Below, piece after piece: positions 14,440 to 28,019 of a DNA stretch of 64,000 nt (positions are counted from its first letter, which is position 1; the number at the start of each line of letters is the position of its first letter). Position numbers and translations under genes: made by a program. The notes beneath the pieces are model-generated. The model had not been told where the DNA came from, searched no databases, and saw only the letters and a program-made list of their open reading frames with translations. Origin of the DNA: Octopus vulgaris (Eukaryota); the NCBI GenBank assembly GCA_951406725.2, contig OX597821.1, positions 81,778,001 to 81,842,000 on the forward strand, in the 5' to 3' direction.

Positions 14440-14615
14440 CACCAATGTTCACGATGCATTTCCAATTCTATCTTGATTGTACCACTCTTTCCCATTTTGA
14501 CACAAAATGCTTGACTAAATTATCTCCCCACCATCGTGGAGGCCTTTTCCAATCTCTTGGATACCACTGGGCAACTGCAAAGGTCCACCTGTTGTCTGTG
14601 AACCTTGCAATGCTT
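14440..14615 (-). pseudogene. Decayed RTE-1-like LINE C-terminal fragment
   Basis: Minus translation IARFTDNRWTFAVAQWYPRDWKRPPRWWGD...W, typical of the RTE C-terminal R..DNRW...W.P...KR..GRP..RW motif. Confidence 0.7.
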
Positions 14616-16727
14616 ATGTATCACAGTCTTATCAACTGAGTAGAATATTTTCACTAAGGAGGTCTAATAAGGTGAAAACATGTTTGTTGCTGTCACCACT
14701 TCACTTGGCATTCCTTATACTGACCAAAATTTTCCATCTACTGATTTATTAGAGTATTTCCCTTGCTGGTTGATTTTTAGATACGAAACCCCCTCCCAAA
14801 AAGGAGTTTTCATCTGCTAATTGCTTTAATAACTTTTGGTTGACTGAAGTTTTTCCTTTCACTTATATTATGTGAGATGTTATTGAATCTAAAATCTTTA
14901 TTCATTAACTTCTCTTGGCTCATATTACACCCAACATAATCTGTTTTGTCACAAACACACAAAGGGTTTTTGAGAAACCAGACTGTAAAACACAGTGTGC
15001 CTGTGTGTCTGGAAGACTGTTTGGTAAGAAATTCAGAGTCACTGCTTGGAAATTTGGGCAAGTGTCTTCCACTATAGACACAGTTCAATCAAAGCCTTGT
15101 GAGTGGATAAGGTAGACAGAAACTGAAAGAAGCCCACTTTATATATGTGTATGTGCATGTGTGTTATTGTCCCCTTGCCATGGTATGGGTTGGTGACAAG
15201 GGCATCAGGCTGTAGAAAATCTTCAACAAATTCTGTCCGACTTAAGTTACCACATTGAAAAGGGGACATTAAAATGGTGATATATTTAGGGGTATTCCAT
15301 CATGGCTAGTTAGAATCTTATATCAACTGGAAGAGATTGAACACATCAAGTGTTGTTTTGCACAGAAACACATTGTGTATGTTTATATTACTATGTCTGA
15401 GGGTAAATACATTCATACACATATAAGTGTTCATAGGTACACATTTACCCAAACACACACACACACATATACAATCATAATCATATAGACAGATGTTAAG
15501 GGGGATGGGTTGCACTGTTTCATTCACATGTGTATGCAGGTGAGAATGAAACAGGAAATAAAGGTGAAAAGAGCAGATCAACACATTTATCAGGGGAAAG
15601 ACTGTAATCAGTTTGTGGACAATACAACAGGATACTATTAACTGACCCTGGGTACATGAGACAGTGACGCCTGGGTATGTACACAGGCTAGACTGGGAGA
15701 GTATGGTGTTTACTAACTCTGGGAAATAGTACACCACATAATGATGATTGACTATACTTCAAGTACACAGGAATGTGTTGTGTGTGTGTGCGTGCGCGTG
15801 CAGGTACTTATATATATATATATGAGGTAGGAAATAAGAATACAGACAAGGTGTTCTGTTTTGTACTATAGATCTTATTTAAAGTACAATTGAAACACTA
15901 TTCTTGTTGTTGATGTCTAGCCCAGGTCAGCCCTAATCTAACATGATCAAAAACATTCCAGCTATAACCATCCCATCTTTTCTTTGTTTGTTTTTAAATA
16001 TCAGTGACTACATTATTCAATATTTTCTTTTATTTAAGGTGTAGTTTGAGAAAAATTTGGCTCCTATTTCTAGCAGGTTGAGCAATCTTTAAGTGAGTTT
16101 AGAACTGACAGAATTGCATATATACATAGTGTATGAATGAAAGTCTAGAAAATGTTCTCATTTCAAACATATAGATACCTGGCGTGACTATAATTCAAAA
16201 GTTTACAAGATGCAGGGTAGAGGTCCCATTCCCATTTATATCATCATCGTCATACGTCCGTTTTCCATGCTAGCATGGGTTGGACGGTTCGACCAGGGTC
16301 TGGGAAGCCAGGGGGCTGCACCAGGCTCCAATCTTGATCTAGCAGTGTTTCTACAAATGGATGCCCTTCCTAACACCAACCACTCCGTGAGTGTAGTGGG
16401 TGCTTTTTACATGCCACCGGCACAGGTACCAGGGGATGCTGGCATTGGCCACAATCGGTTGGTGCTTCTTACATGCCACTGGCATGGAAGCCAGTCAAGG
16501 CGGCGCTATATATATATCATCATATATATATATATATATGATGATGATATATATACAAGCATATATGGGTACAGGACATCACCAATGGTGCAAATAACAT
16601 GAAATACACAAACAAACGAGAGAAAATGAATGAAATATGCAAACAATGTGAAAAAAATGGAAAACAGGACAAGTTAACACAGAGAGAGGATCCTTCATCA
16701 GTTGTCAGCTGTCTATCTACTCCTCAT

Positions 16728-16808
16728 GTAGCAGCCATGTTTGTGTCTTAGACCTTATTTCTTTATTGCCCAAAGAAATAAGGTCTAAGACACAAACATG
16801 GCTGCTAC
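16728..16808. repeat. Perfect inverted repeat, 37-bp arms, 7-nt loop
   Basis: gtagcagccatgtttgtgtcttagaccttatttcttt-attgccc-aaagaaataaggtctaagacacaaacatggctgctac. Confidence 0.95.
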
Positions 16809-17612
16809 TTTCATCATTTGGGATTGAAGTCCAGATCTTGACATAGTCTATATTTAAATGAAGTGGTCTCATTAGAGCAAATCTATCTTGTTTCAGATTT
16901 TAAACTGGACATTTCATAAATAATCTAAGTTAATGAAAGTTTTACAGAGTCTAGTTTCTCTAAAATCTTTCCCTATTTGGCAAGGATTCCCAAAAGGTGG
17001 CACTGCTGGCAGGACAGTAAAATGAAATGCTAGTGACCGTCAGTTTTATTCAATTTGACCATGTTTAACCACAAACTAGTTGTGTTTGAGTATACTTAAA
17101 TTCAAAGACATTCGAACTGTGACCATTCCAACTTATTCCCAGCTACAGTGCATCAAGGGTCAATTTTTTTAATGGTTCCTTTTTTTCTAAGACAGCAGTG
17201 TGATTTGAAAGAAATTTAGTTTCTATTTTTAGCCGGTCAAACAACCATGCAGACACCATTGTAGTGATGGGGAAACTTTTTGACTAACTTGTAGGAAATA
17301 CCAGTTTAAAAAAAACAGTAGGGAACTACACACAGCAATTGTAATAATATACACAGTTATTGGCAGAATTGTAGGTGCTAGTTCATAGGCTTATATAAGG
17401 AGGTTAGTTAAGTCATAAACCAAGTTAGCAATTTTCTTTAAATTGGCAAAAGAACAGGAAGATGGCTAGAGTATATAACTTCTCCCAAGTGACACAGAAA
17501 AACCCACTTAACTTAGCACTTGAGACAGTTAACTGCAAAACATACTATTTGTAAAGTTGTGAGTGTATGTGTGGTGAGTGCAATATGAGAGAGGGGGGAG
17601 AGGGAGACACAG

Positions 17613-17644
<32 letters not shown>

Positions 17645-20405
17645 TCAAAATTTGGATAATGCTTAACATTGATTTTTCTGCATTGATTTCAAGGCCTCAA
17701 ATTAGTAAATGCAAGGAGCCGATTGAATCAATATTAATACTAGGCATCTGAGTCAATATTAGGACCAAATACTAATTTTACTAACACAAGAGTTCTGAGT
17801 TTCAAACCGGACGGTATTGACTTTGTACGGCAATAATTAACCAAAGTAAATACCAGCTGGTCTGGCAGTTGAATAAAGAATCAAAACTTAATACAGTAAG
17901 TTACAAAGCCATTGGCCATCCGTCGCCCAACATATTTTACTCAATGTTTTGTACTCAATGCAACATATGTGAACGCGCGCGCGCATGGCCGAATAGTTAA
18001 GAATTTCGCTTCGCAACAACGAGGTCCAGGGTTCGATATCACTACGTAATATCTTGTAATTTTTTATGGTCTCGGATCGACCTATACTTTGTGACCTTGT
18101 AAGTGAAATTGGAGGGACAAAAACTGTATAGAAGTCTGTCGAATGGATTGTGCTTGCAATTCACAAGGTACAGTGAGTGTGTATAATGCTCGACTACTTA
18201 CACGTCAATTCAGGAGTAATTTATTGATTGACCATCAGAATCCTTGTTGCCGAACGACGGAGATCCCCCATAGAGATACATATACACACATACACATGTG
18301 TATAAGTCATAATAGTGTTTATACATATAAGCGCATAAACACTGAAATTTCAAATGATTTAATGCAACAACAAAAAGTCTGGTATCATTTATCAGGAAAA
18401 ATGTTTAGTTTCGTTTTACTGACTTGCCTGTAAAACCACGCATCGCGATGCAGCATATGTAGGCCAGTGTATATTGTGTCTATGTATAGTTGTGTCTACA
18501 TTTACTGCTTCATGTGTGTGTGTACTGTTTACAGACCCAAACTCAGTAACTATTGGGCCTTAAAATAACATCAATTTGTGATTAAAATTAGCTGGGTCTG
18601 TTTTTGTTGTTTTTTTTTTCATGTTGCTTTATCAGGAGCAAAAGTTGAGCCCTTAACCTGAAACTGGTGTAATATCTGAGACTGGATAGTGGCGTGTAGT
18701 GTAGAAGCAGCCTGATTTTTGAGAAAGTGCAGCAATGTGCAAATGCAGACACGAGGTTAAGTGGCGTCCAAACCTTTCCCAAGGATATTAGCGACCCAAA
18801 AGTGAGAAGCAAACCAGATTGTTGCCAAACTTCGTTCTACAGAACTTCTACTGTAGCCAAAATGTAATTAGTTAACACACTCACACACCAAAGCATTATT
18901 ATTTATGTCTTAGCGGGCCGAAATTTCGAAGTTACTGTCAATATTCTTGAATAAAAATATATTTATACGTATTCTACAAAAGTATAGAATAACCTATGAT
19001 ATTAATGTAAAATTGATTTTTTTATAACTGAACATAAAATCAAACATTAATATTAATATATATATATATATATATTAATATTAATATATATATATATATA
19101 TAATCTGTGGGGGGAAAGGTGAAACTTGAAGTAGATGAAGAGTGTAAATATGAAATTAAAAACCCTGTGGGTAGGAAAAGTCAATTACACACACACACGT
19201 ACGTCTGTAACTGTAATAAAACTTTGCCAAACACAAATTTTACACACAGATCTGATGCAAACGATAGACATTATGTTATGAATGATAAACACATAATAAC
19301 CAATGTAATAAAGATATTTCTTTAAAGGTGAAAGAATGATTTTCTAAATATTTATTAATGATTGATCCAAAAAATGATGTTGTAAGATAATAACAATCTA
19401 AAAATGATATCGAAAAGCCCAAATGATGGTATTTCTATGCCTTAATTTGGATGTAAGATATCAATCACTAAAGTAAGAAAGCCAGATTTAAGTTTCTATT
19501 TCCAGACATTTCACGAAAGCATGAACGTCACAACCTCTCATCCCTTTCCCGATAAATCCGTGAGGCCTTGTGTGCAGTGAAGGCCAAAAGATGAGAGAAT
19601 TTACAGACAGCATCACACATCAAATAAATATTAACTACCAAAAGGAAAGGCTTTTCCAGTTAATCCACAAGTTGTGAAGATACGTGGGGTTAAAAGTTAC
19701 AGCGATTAAAGATCTGATTCTGTATCAAGATCAAGCATTTTTGTTCTCCCATACTCAGGCTTTTTCTTTTTCGACAGAGAAGCACGAAAAAGCCATTACA
19801 CGGTCGCTCGTCCTACTAGGAAGAGCAGCCAAATATCGCTCAAATCACACGCTGTCGTCGTAATAAGAGAAGGCACACTACTATTTAATAGGCACAACAT
19901 CATAGATTATAAACAAGATTATCGAGATTGGAAAGTTTCTACTCATTGATCTGATCAATTAGGAGTAAACATCATCATCATCATCACTATACATACACAC
20001 ACACACATATATATATAACTTTGATAGGTTTCGGCCAGTATAGGATTGTTTGTGCCCTCACATTATATATATATGAGTGTGTGTATTATGCACACGCAAC
20101 ATACATGTGTAGTGCATTCATAAAAATGTATTTGTACACAAATATTATTAATGTGTAGATACGAGCGAGGGAGGGAGAAAAGAAGCAAGACCCAAAAGAA
20201 ACTAACCCAAATTTAGAGTTAAGATAAGGTTAGTAGTGCTTTTTTTTGGGGGGGGGGGTCTTACTACATATTCGGGTGTCGCTAACAAAAATAAGGGGTA
20301 CACACACACACATGGCGTGTCTATACAAAACCAAAGTGTCTAAGTATATCAACAGCAATATCTCTCTTTCTAAAGAATATGAAAGTTACAGAGAAGTGTT
20401 GTTAC

Positions 20406-20494
20406 CTTTCTGCTAATAGAAACAACGTGGTGGAAGTCGTGGCTGGGAAGGAGCAGTGAGAAGTAGAGAAAGTTGGGTACATCTTACGCTTCAT
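20406..20494 (-). CDS. Candidate first coding segment MKRKMYPTFSTSHCSFPATTSTTLFLLAE (phase-2 end) in predicted exon 20406-20560
   Basis: ATG at 20494, open to AG|GTAAC donor. Upstream acceptor cctttttcag (20561-20570) and donor AG|GTAAGC at 20657/20656 define a plausible 96-nt intron. Confidence 0.35.
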
Positions 20495-20656
20495 GCTTTC
20501 TCCTTCATACACACCATACGAGAAAGGTAGGAGAAACAGAAAGATAAAAGGGACGGGTGACTGAAAAAGGTGACGACAGTAATGAATGGTGTGAAAACGG
20601 GTGACGAGGGGTGGATTAGCGGTTCAAATCAAATGAAATATATATTGGGAGCTTAC

Positions 20657-21470
20657 CTAATTCTTTCGCTCCAAAAGTAGTGTAAAGTGGAGACCAAGCC
20701 AGCACACGTATATCTATTATGTTCTCTCGTTATTTTTACTCTCTGTAATCTACAACTGGTTTGGTATATCAGTTAAAGTATGGCTACCCGCCCGACTCTG
20801 GTGATGGAGGTGACTAACTTACTAAAAAGCACTGTTTCCCCCACCTTTTCCCTCTTCTTTTTCTCTTTCTGGCTGTTTTCTCCCAGACAGAGTAGAAGGG
20901 TCAGACACTTAACAGTAGCAGAAATGACGCCGACGGCAGAGAGAGAAAGATGCAGAGGAAGTGAATGGAGAAAGAGGGTGAGACACGATGGGAAAGATAG
21001 CGTGAAGCGAAAGAGAAGAAATAAAATGTAGGCGAAGGGGGTGGAAGAAGGAGAAAATAAGAAAAGCAAAAACAAATGAATGGGTACGGTTGAGGAAAAG
21101 GGAAGGGGCAGAGGAGACTGTGTAGAGATGGGAGGAGGGATATATAACCAGCGGACGAAGTGGTGGAGGATATAAGTGATGGAATGAGAAGGGATAGGTA
21201 GAGGAGACAGAGAAACCATGACGAGAGGGAGGGAGGAATAAAGGCAGAGGCGATGGAGAGAGAGAAAGAAAGAAATCAGTGAACGTAACGTAAATCAAAG
21301 GAGAGAAGATGAGGTAAAGACGAAATGAAAGAGCAGGAGAAAGAGCAGGAGTGGGTAGAATGGGTTGGGCGATGGTTGCGGCGGCGTTGATTTCAAGTTC
21401 GGTGTGAACCTTCTGCAGACGGACAAATAGGTGTGTAAAAAGGCGGCAGTCACCCTGCCGCGTGTAACAG
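20657..21470 (-). promoter_or_regulatory. CpG-rich promoter and pyrimidine-rich non-coding first exon (5' UTR) candidate
   Basis: Unique CpG-rich sequence (gcggcggcg, aggcggcagtcaccctgccgcg), a ~450-nt tract purine-rich on + (CT-rich on -), ending in a strong AG|GTAAGC donor; TSS not determined. Confidence 0.45.
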
Positions 21471-21499
21471 TAGCTCTCGATGACAACTCACAAGTCCAG

Positions 21500-22200
21500 C
21501 ACCTTGGACAATTAGACGAGCCATCGAGGAAGACTTTAGAAATAGTACCCAAATTCCTTCAAATATACCCTACCGTTTTAATGAAAGTACGGGATTGCTA
21601 TGGATTGAACGTCTTTGATCACACAGGTGTACTCACTTAGAGAAGACCTGAGACTAAACATTACGTCGATTTTGATCGAACTTCGTATGTATGATTGGCA
21701 TTCTAATCGCAACATCATTGTCGGACAGCAAACTTTTCTTGAAGCTGTTGTTCGGCTTCGAGATCACTAACTGAGCAGATCTATAGATAGAAGTATTCTA
21801 GCTGAGACCATCTCGCCTTTGTTTTCGACTCAAGGTGTCATTAAACCTCCTTTTTTTAAATTTTTTTACTTAAGACAGCAGGGTGGGATTTGAGGGTGAT
21901 TTAGCTGTTATTTCTAGCAGATGGAGCGACCATGTTGAGGCTCCCGTAATTTCGGTCGTTATATCTACCATTCGAATGTATAAATATGTCACCTTTCATT
22001 GAGTCGAGGACGACAGTGCTTGCTGGTTTGCTTAGCTCTATAATTAGCTCGGACTGAGCAGATCTATGATAAAAACATTCCACCCTTTGAGCATCATACC
22101 GTTTTATCTATCAGAAACATTGTCCAATGCATATTTTTAATGGATATTTAACTGCTATTTCTAATAGGTCGACCGATCTCGTAGATACGCCTTTCTTGGC
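21500..22200. repeat. Cluster of an unclassified ~200-bp interspersed repeat
   Basis: Motifs gagcagatctatgat...ccagctgtgaccatc...gtgtgatttgag...gctatttctagcagg recur here and at ~11460, 13720, 15900, 17060, 19790, 23550, 34860, 47120-47520 and 53130-54200. Confidence 0.65.
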
Positions 22201-22447
22201 GAGGGTTTTCTTGTTTCAGTCTGATATGAAAATCCGGTTGAGCCTGACCTCATGTTACCGGAATAATCAGGAACAAGTCAATGCTTCAGAAATACCGTCT
22301 CTTCGTCAGAAAATCATGTGCACTTGGAAATAAGGCTGTCTTAACAGCATAAATGGCCCATGGGCAAAGCAATATAGTCTCATCTCATCTTTTAAGGATG
22401 TGTAGGAGTACATCATTTAATGTCTCTTCCCTTTTGAGACAGTAGTG

Positions 22448-22597
22448 CAGACATGAGCAAACTTTCTTGAGAAGTGGGCCGCATGATATATGGCTCATCA
22501 TCAGCGGGCGGCACTACTAAAAAGACTTCAAGTGATTTTTTTTCCCTTGGGTGTGCCACTCAGAAAGTCCTGCGAGTCGCAGGTTGCCCATCCATGA
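22448..22597. mobile_element. Decayed hAT/Charlie-like MITE
   Basis: Ends cagacatgagcaaact / aggttgcccatccatg with gggccgc-type subterminal motifs; TSD not recognisable. Confidence 0.4.
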
Positions 22598-22940
22598 TAG
22601 GACCAGAACGTGATTTGATAAAGAATTAGCTACCAAAAAAAAAAAAAAAAAAGGTTCTAGTTAACTGTTGTTGTTTAGTCTGAGCTGAGTTATCTTCTTC
22701 TTTGAGTAAACCGATGGTCAAATGCATTTCAGCCAAAACCATCAGGTCTATTTAGAAAATATCTAGAACTACATTGGTGAATAGGTCGGAGCACTCTGCA
22801 TCCAGACCCAGAACAATCATTAAACACGACAAACAACTGCTCAGGATACCAAAGGCTGGAATAGTTTTTCCAGTGTTGGATTTACCATGGTTAGGTATTT
22901 TAAAAAATAAATGTTGAAAATTTGCATTTCTTCCTGTTGC

Positions 22941-23380
22941 CCGGATCTTTTCTGTTTGGCTGCCACTTTTCAATTTCTTCAGTTTTTGTTACAACTGATT
23001 TTACAGTTAGCGTATTGGTGAATTTTTTTTTTTTTTTTTTTGGCATAATCATAAGAATTACCGTGTTTAGAATACTAATTCACAAAAATTTTAGAAAATT
23101 CCCCAAAATAAAAAAAGTTATGAGGGTAAAGCAGAATTCTGCCAACATTTCATTTGTTTACAGTTAACAAGTGTTGTCACGCACAAAACGACGACTTCCA
23201 AATTCTGCTTTCTGACTGAGTAAAAATGATCAAACCTTAAACCTCTAATTTTTTTTTTTTTTTCTTGAAGAAGTGAATTATCTGAGATTCAGCATGGAAA
23301 ATTACATCAATATACCAAATTTTTAAATTTTCACTAAACTTTAAAATTTCTACGGGTGCAGCCAAATAGAAAAGACCCTG
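22941..23380. mobile_element. MITE with ~23-bp TIRs and apparent 4-bp TSD (TTGC)
   Basis: ccggatcttttctgtttggctgc vs gcagccaaatagaaaagaccctg; ttgc flanks both ends. Confidence 0.6.
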
Positions 23381-25991
23381 TTGCCCTAGTTGTAATTACT
23401 TTTCTAATAACGAATACAATCGAATGTTAAATAAATGTATAAAAATAAAAACAGGTCATATTTAATGCAGTTTGGCTTGAAAAAAAAAACCGAGACTGTT
23501 GCTTGGGCATCACGACTGAAACACCAACTAAAATATTAAGGTTCGGTTTACATCTGATCAAGCAAGGTCTGTGATTCAAGACATCCAAGCCGTGATCACG
23601 ACGTAGTTGGGTAATCCTCCTCCTTCTTCAAGAATGTGATTGGAGAGATGCTTTGTTATTATTTCTAGCAGGTAGAGAGCAGCGGCTTTTTTGTTGACTC
23701 GATGATGTGGTTAGAGGTCGTTTGTGCCACTTACATATTACAAGAAGCAGCTACCGTATTATTTATTACTAACAAACAAACAGTCAGCCGCACAGCGAAG
23801 GAGGTGGAGAAGCAAGAAACTGTAAGATGTTTGACGTGAGTAGAGATGTGAGGCTATAAAATAGATAAGAGAGATAGCTAGATAAATGAATGCAACCTCA
23901 ACATTCCGTTAGAGCACGAGAGGGAAGAATGAATACCTGATTTTCTCTAGCAGACAGGCAGGAAGAGTAGATAGCAAGCTATCCCCCACCACTTTTACTT
24001 TTGTATCTATAAATATAACGAGATACGTGTGTGTGTATCTATTTAAGTATCCTACATACATTCAGACAGATATACATAGCGGAAGTCCTTATGGTTTCAC
24101 TTATTAATATGCCACTGGGTCAGATGAGAAATGAACTCCACAATCACTTTCTCCACCTGTGCTTTGTTACCAAATTGCACGCACTCACAAAACAAATGGG
24201 GTTTGAATTGATCATAAAACCAGGAGGTCCCGAACAGAGGTAACTAACTCACTGAGAGTAAAATTTCGTCTACCGAAGGAGTATATATGCTGATTCTGGA
24301 TTCGTTTTTAAATTTTTTTTCTATAATCTTAACAAATTTGAAGTTGAGAAGAAAATTTGAAGTAGGCCTAATTCAGTGAAAAAATATTATTTTTCTTCCA
24401 ACCGTTTATATCCTAAATTAGAGTTGCCAATGGGATAGTCTGATTCAAAAAGACTGTTTGGTTTTGGTGTCCGTTCAACAGTTCATGAATAAGAAATGTT
24501 TTATTTTTTAATTATTTAATAATAAAAGATACTGTTTATTACTATTTTAAATTTACCATTGCTATTTGTTGTGAGTTTCGTTATGGCAGAAGTGTTAACT
24601 CAGTTTATGGAGGGGAAGGGAAGTGAGAGGAAATTTGTTTTCGCAAAGATGCCAAGGAATAGCTGTACTAGATAAAATAGTGCTTAGAGTTCCAAGGTAA
24701 GGAGTACCGCAGTTTATTTTCCAGCGTCGAATTTACTATGGTGTAGCTTGAACCAGGACCCTACAAAAGGAGCACCCATAATAAATGATAAAAAATGGCC
24801 AGTGTTACACTGTCAAAAAAGGGTTAGATTTAGAAGTTGTTCTGCTGTCTTAGCAAGAGTTTACCTATCACTGCGTATACCTCAGGCATTGCTGAGTGCT
24901 TAAGTCCGCTTCGAAAATCATGCGGTTTCGGATCCAACCCTAGCTTTATGAGTGGAATTTGTAGACGGAAACTATGTGGATGCCTATCGGATAACTGTAA
25001 ACTGTAGTTTAAAAGTCAATAATGTGTCACATTGATTCAGTGAAATACTCAACTGCTTGCACGTTAATTTAATGAATGGGGTTGATCGAACAATTGGATC
25101 ACCGAAACAATGGGGATTGGCATCTTATCTTGATAAAGATAGGCCAGGGGTTAAAAAAAATATTCCTGGTTTAATGGCTAACTCAGGCCTGTATGTGTGT
25201 GCAGCACAATTAAATATCAGCCAAATGCCAACAACAATTAATATTACCATCAAAACATCTTGCGCTGATCTCTCTCCTCCCCTCTCAATCTGTGTTTAAT
25301 AATCAAATAAAACAGTCAGCTACAGAGTTTGAGAGTCCAGCGATATATATCTGATAATGTATTGAAGTCAACTTGTTAATCTAAATAAATCTATCAAAAT
25401 ACTTTCTCAACTATTAGAGAACAACAACAATATCATTACAATAGACAAATCAGCTTAAGGATACAACAGAATCAATTCAGCTTATTTAATCCAGTCAACA
25501 TGAAAATAATATGACACTTCTGGCTGAAAATATCATTCTTCACACTTCAGTCACAACAGTACAATAAGATTGTACTAAACTGCTCTTCTGATACATCAAA
25601 GGCATTCCAGTAGTGACCATCCTACCCGTTTTTTTTTTTCCTTGTCAAGCCTTGACTATATTATCCAAGGTATCCTTTCTATTGTAAATATGATATGGTA
25701 TGATTTTATCTGCTAATTATTGAGAATTTAGAGACAACATAATTGTTGTCTTTCGTTGTTGACTTGTAAGTACAAGATCAGAATATGCGGTACATCCAGG
25801 TGAGATGGGATGGTTGACATGGGTCAACGATTCTAATGTGACCTACATATTCTGTTAGACTTGTATTCAGGGTTAATGAGGTTATTGATATTTTGGAGTG
25901 ATGGAAAAGAAGAAAAATTGTTAGTAGAAAGGTTAACGTACATAGGATACTAATGTAGTAGTATTTTGAGGTATTACGGAGGTGTCTAGGC

Positions 25992-26150
25992 CAGTATTTC
26001 TCAACCTTTCTTGTCTTACACCCCATTTCAATTTTAAAAAATACCTGCGCCCCAACCATGAATGGACAAAATACGTGCGCGCCTGTGTTTAAAAACTTTA
26101 TCGCAAGTTTTATTCATTCGTTACTTGCACTTTATTCTTGGGAAACACTG
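25992..26150. mobile_element. hAT/Charlie-type MITE
   Basis: TIRs cagtatttctcaa / ttgggaaacactg; TSD gtctaggc vs gtcaaggt (6/8), resembling the Charlie NTCTAGAN target. Confidence 0.6.
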
Positions 26151-27164
26151 GTCAAGGTGATTGAATAACTGATGATAAGGATTGTTATTTGGACCATTTC
26201 CACGGAGAAATAATAATAATAATAATAATTGTGTACAGTGTTCAGGTGCACTACAACTCATCTAAAGTGTATATATAATCAGGTGTAGTTCTGACTTTGT
26301 AGGCATGTCCACGTGTGTTAGACACATGGAGATCAAAAAGGTGTTCAGTGTTTTAGTATTGTCGTCCGAAGTGTGTATGGAATAGTGTGTAGCGAAGTGG
26401 TACGGTAAAATATGCTATTTTGCAATCATTATAGATTGTTGTGAGTTGTAGAGGGGCCAGAGAGCCATGCAAGGCCACCGTAATCTAAGATATATTAACC
26501 TATTAAAGGGATGATTACATCCAAGAAAATTGGTTCTATACCTAATGTATTTGGGAAATAAAATTACCCTAAATCAATAAGTAAATATTAAGTATATATA
26601 TAATCGGTATTAAATTAAGAGAAGAATGTGTGTGTGGCTAATGATGGCCTTGGAGATGTAAAACATAGTAAAAACGGTATTGACTCATTATTGTAGCGTG
26701 AGGTAGCTGCAAAAGAGAGCTCCATGGTGTGGACAAGTGATGGTAAATAAGGAAAACATTAGCCTGAATAAATTACATGAAAAAGTAAGCTACAAAACTC
26801 GCTCATGTGTTCTTAAACTAAAAGAAAAAACACGAATATTCTCTTGAAAATTGAATGAGTTTTGAAGATTGATATATCAAAGTTGATTGGAAAGTAGACA
26901 AATTCACATACAATACACAATGCCACGAGCTAGCGAGAGTCCACTTGTAGTCGCCTGATCGCAGTTTTACATACGAAGGGCACAATGGATGAGGCATTGA
27001 TAGAGGCAAAGCCCTAAATAAGACAGGACAATCACGACTTGAACGCCTTTCACTATATACATGCTCCATCATAGCATGTATATGACCAAAGGGCTAAACA
27101 ACAACTCATACATCTACTCAAGAGAATGACAAGCCTTAACATATGGATGGACAAGAGTGGTGAG

Positions 27165-27826
27165 CAGTGACGGCTCGTGTATAGGACTGTGGAACGGCAG
27201 CACCCACTAATTCTACTCGATATTATCGATAACATTCAATATAATGAGTCCTTCTTTTCTTTAATTCTTTCTTTATACTTGTACATTATATAATCCTTAA
27301 GCTAGTTAATGAAAAATAAATACAAAAATTCATGTATAGAACTGAGCGCTTCACAGTTCCAGCGACGCGGTGTTTGGCTGTTGTATGCATGCTCACATGT
27401 CCGAGACAGGAAGCTTCACACTAGGGAGAGAGAGCACTGCGTGAACGACAGTACCGGGCGAAAGGTAGTGTTTCTTTTTGACTCCGCATGTGTTTTGTTT
27501 TAAAACGTGTTTATATTCTTGAATGTGATAAAGTGCAGAATTAGATTATTATCCTGCTTCCAGCAACAGTGTTGCTGCCAGGATTTGAAAAATATGGCAC
27601 ATTTTCCCCTCTTATTTTGTGATTGGGGGGGGGGGGACAAAGGGGAATTCGCGGCGGTGTTCGAACAAATTAAACACACTATAAGGCAGTAGCTAAAACG
27701 CGAACAGATCAAGTTTATGTATAAATGTTCTTTTTATAAGTTTGTTTCCTTTTACACAATATTAAAACAACAGCTAAAAATTTTCTGAAGCAGCACCCCG
27801 ACTTATTTTATCTACGAGCCACATTG
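27165..27826. mobile_element. Non-autonomous hAT-type DNA transposon (662 bp)
   Basis: Imperfect TIRs cagtgacggctcgtgtata / tatctacgagccacattg; 8-bp TSD gtggtgag (27157-27164) vs gtgatgag (27827-27834); subterminal gcagcaccc at both ends. Confidence 0.75.
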
Positions 27827-28019
27827 GTGATGAGGGTGTTGGAGAATTCGAGCTTAATCGGGAAGACTTTCGTTGTAGTCTTATCAATTGTGATGTAGGC
27901 GTACGATGCATGACGAAGAATGTTTTACATAAACAACAACAGTAACAGCAGCAGTGGTATTAAAAAAATAACTGACGAAGAGAACAAAACTTTGAGCAAC
28001 AACAATAGGAAGATGAATG

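Noticed and set aside
20773-21552. 148-, 129-, 85- and 83-aa ORFs
   Set aside because: Low-complexity products of the purine/pyrimidine tract; no recognisable domain.
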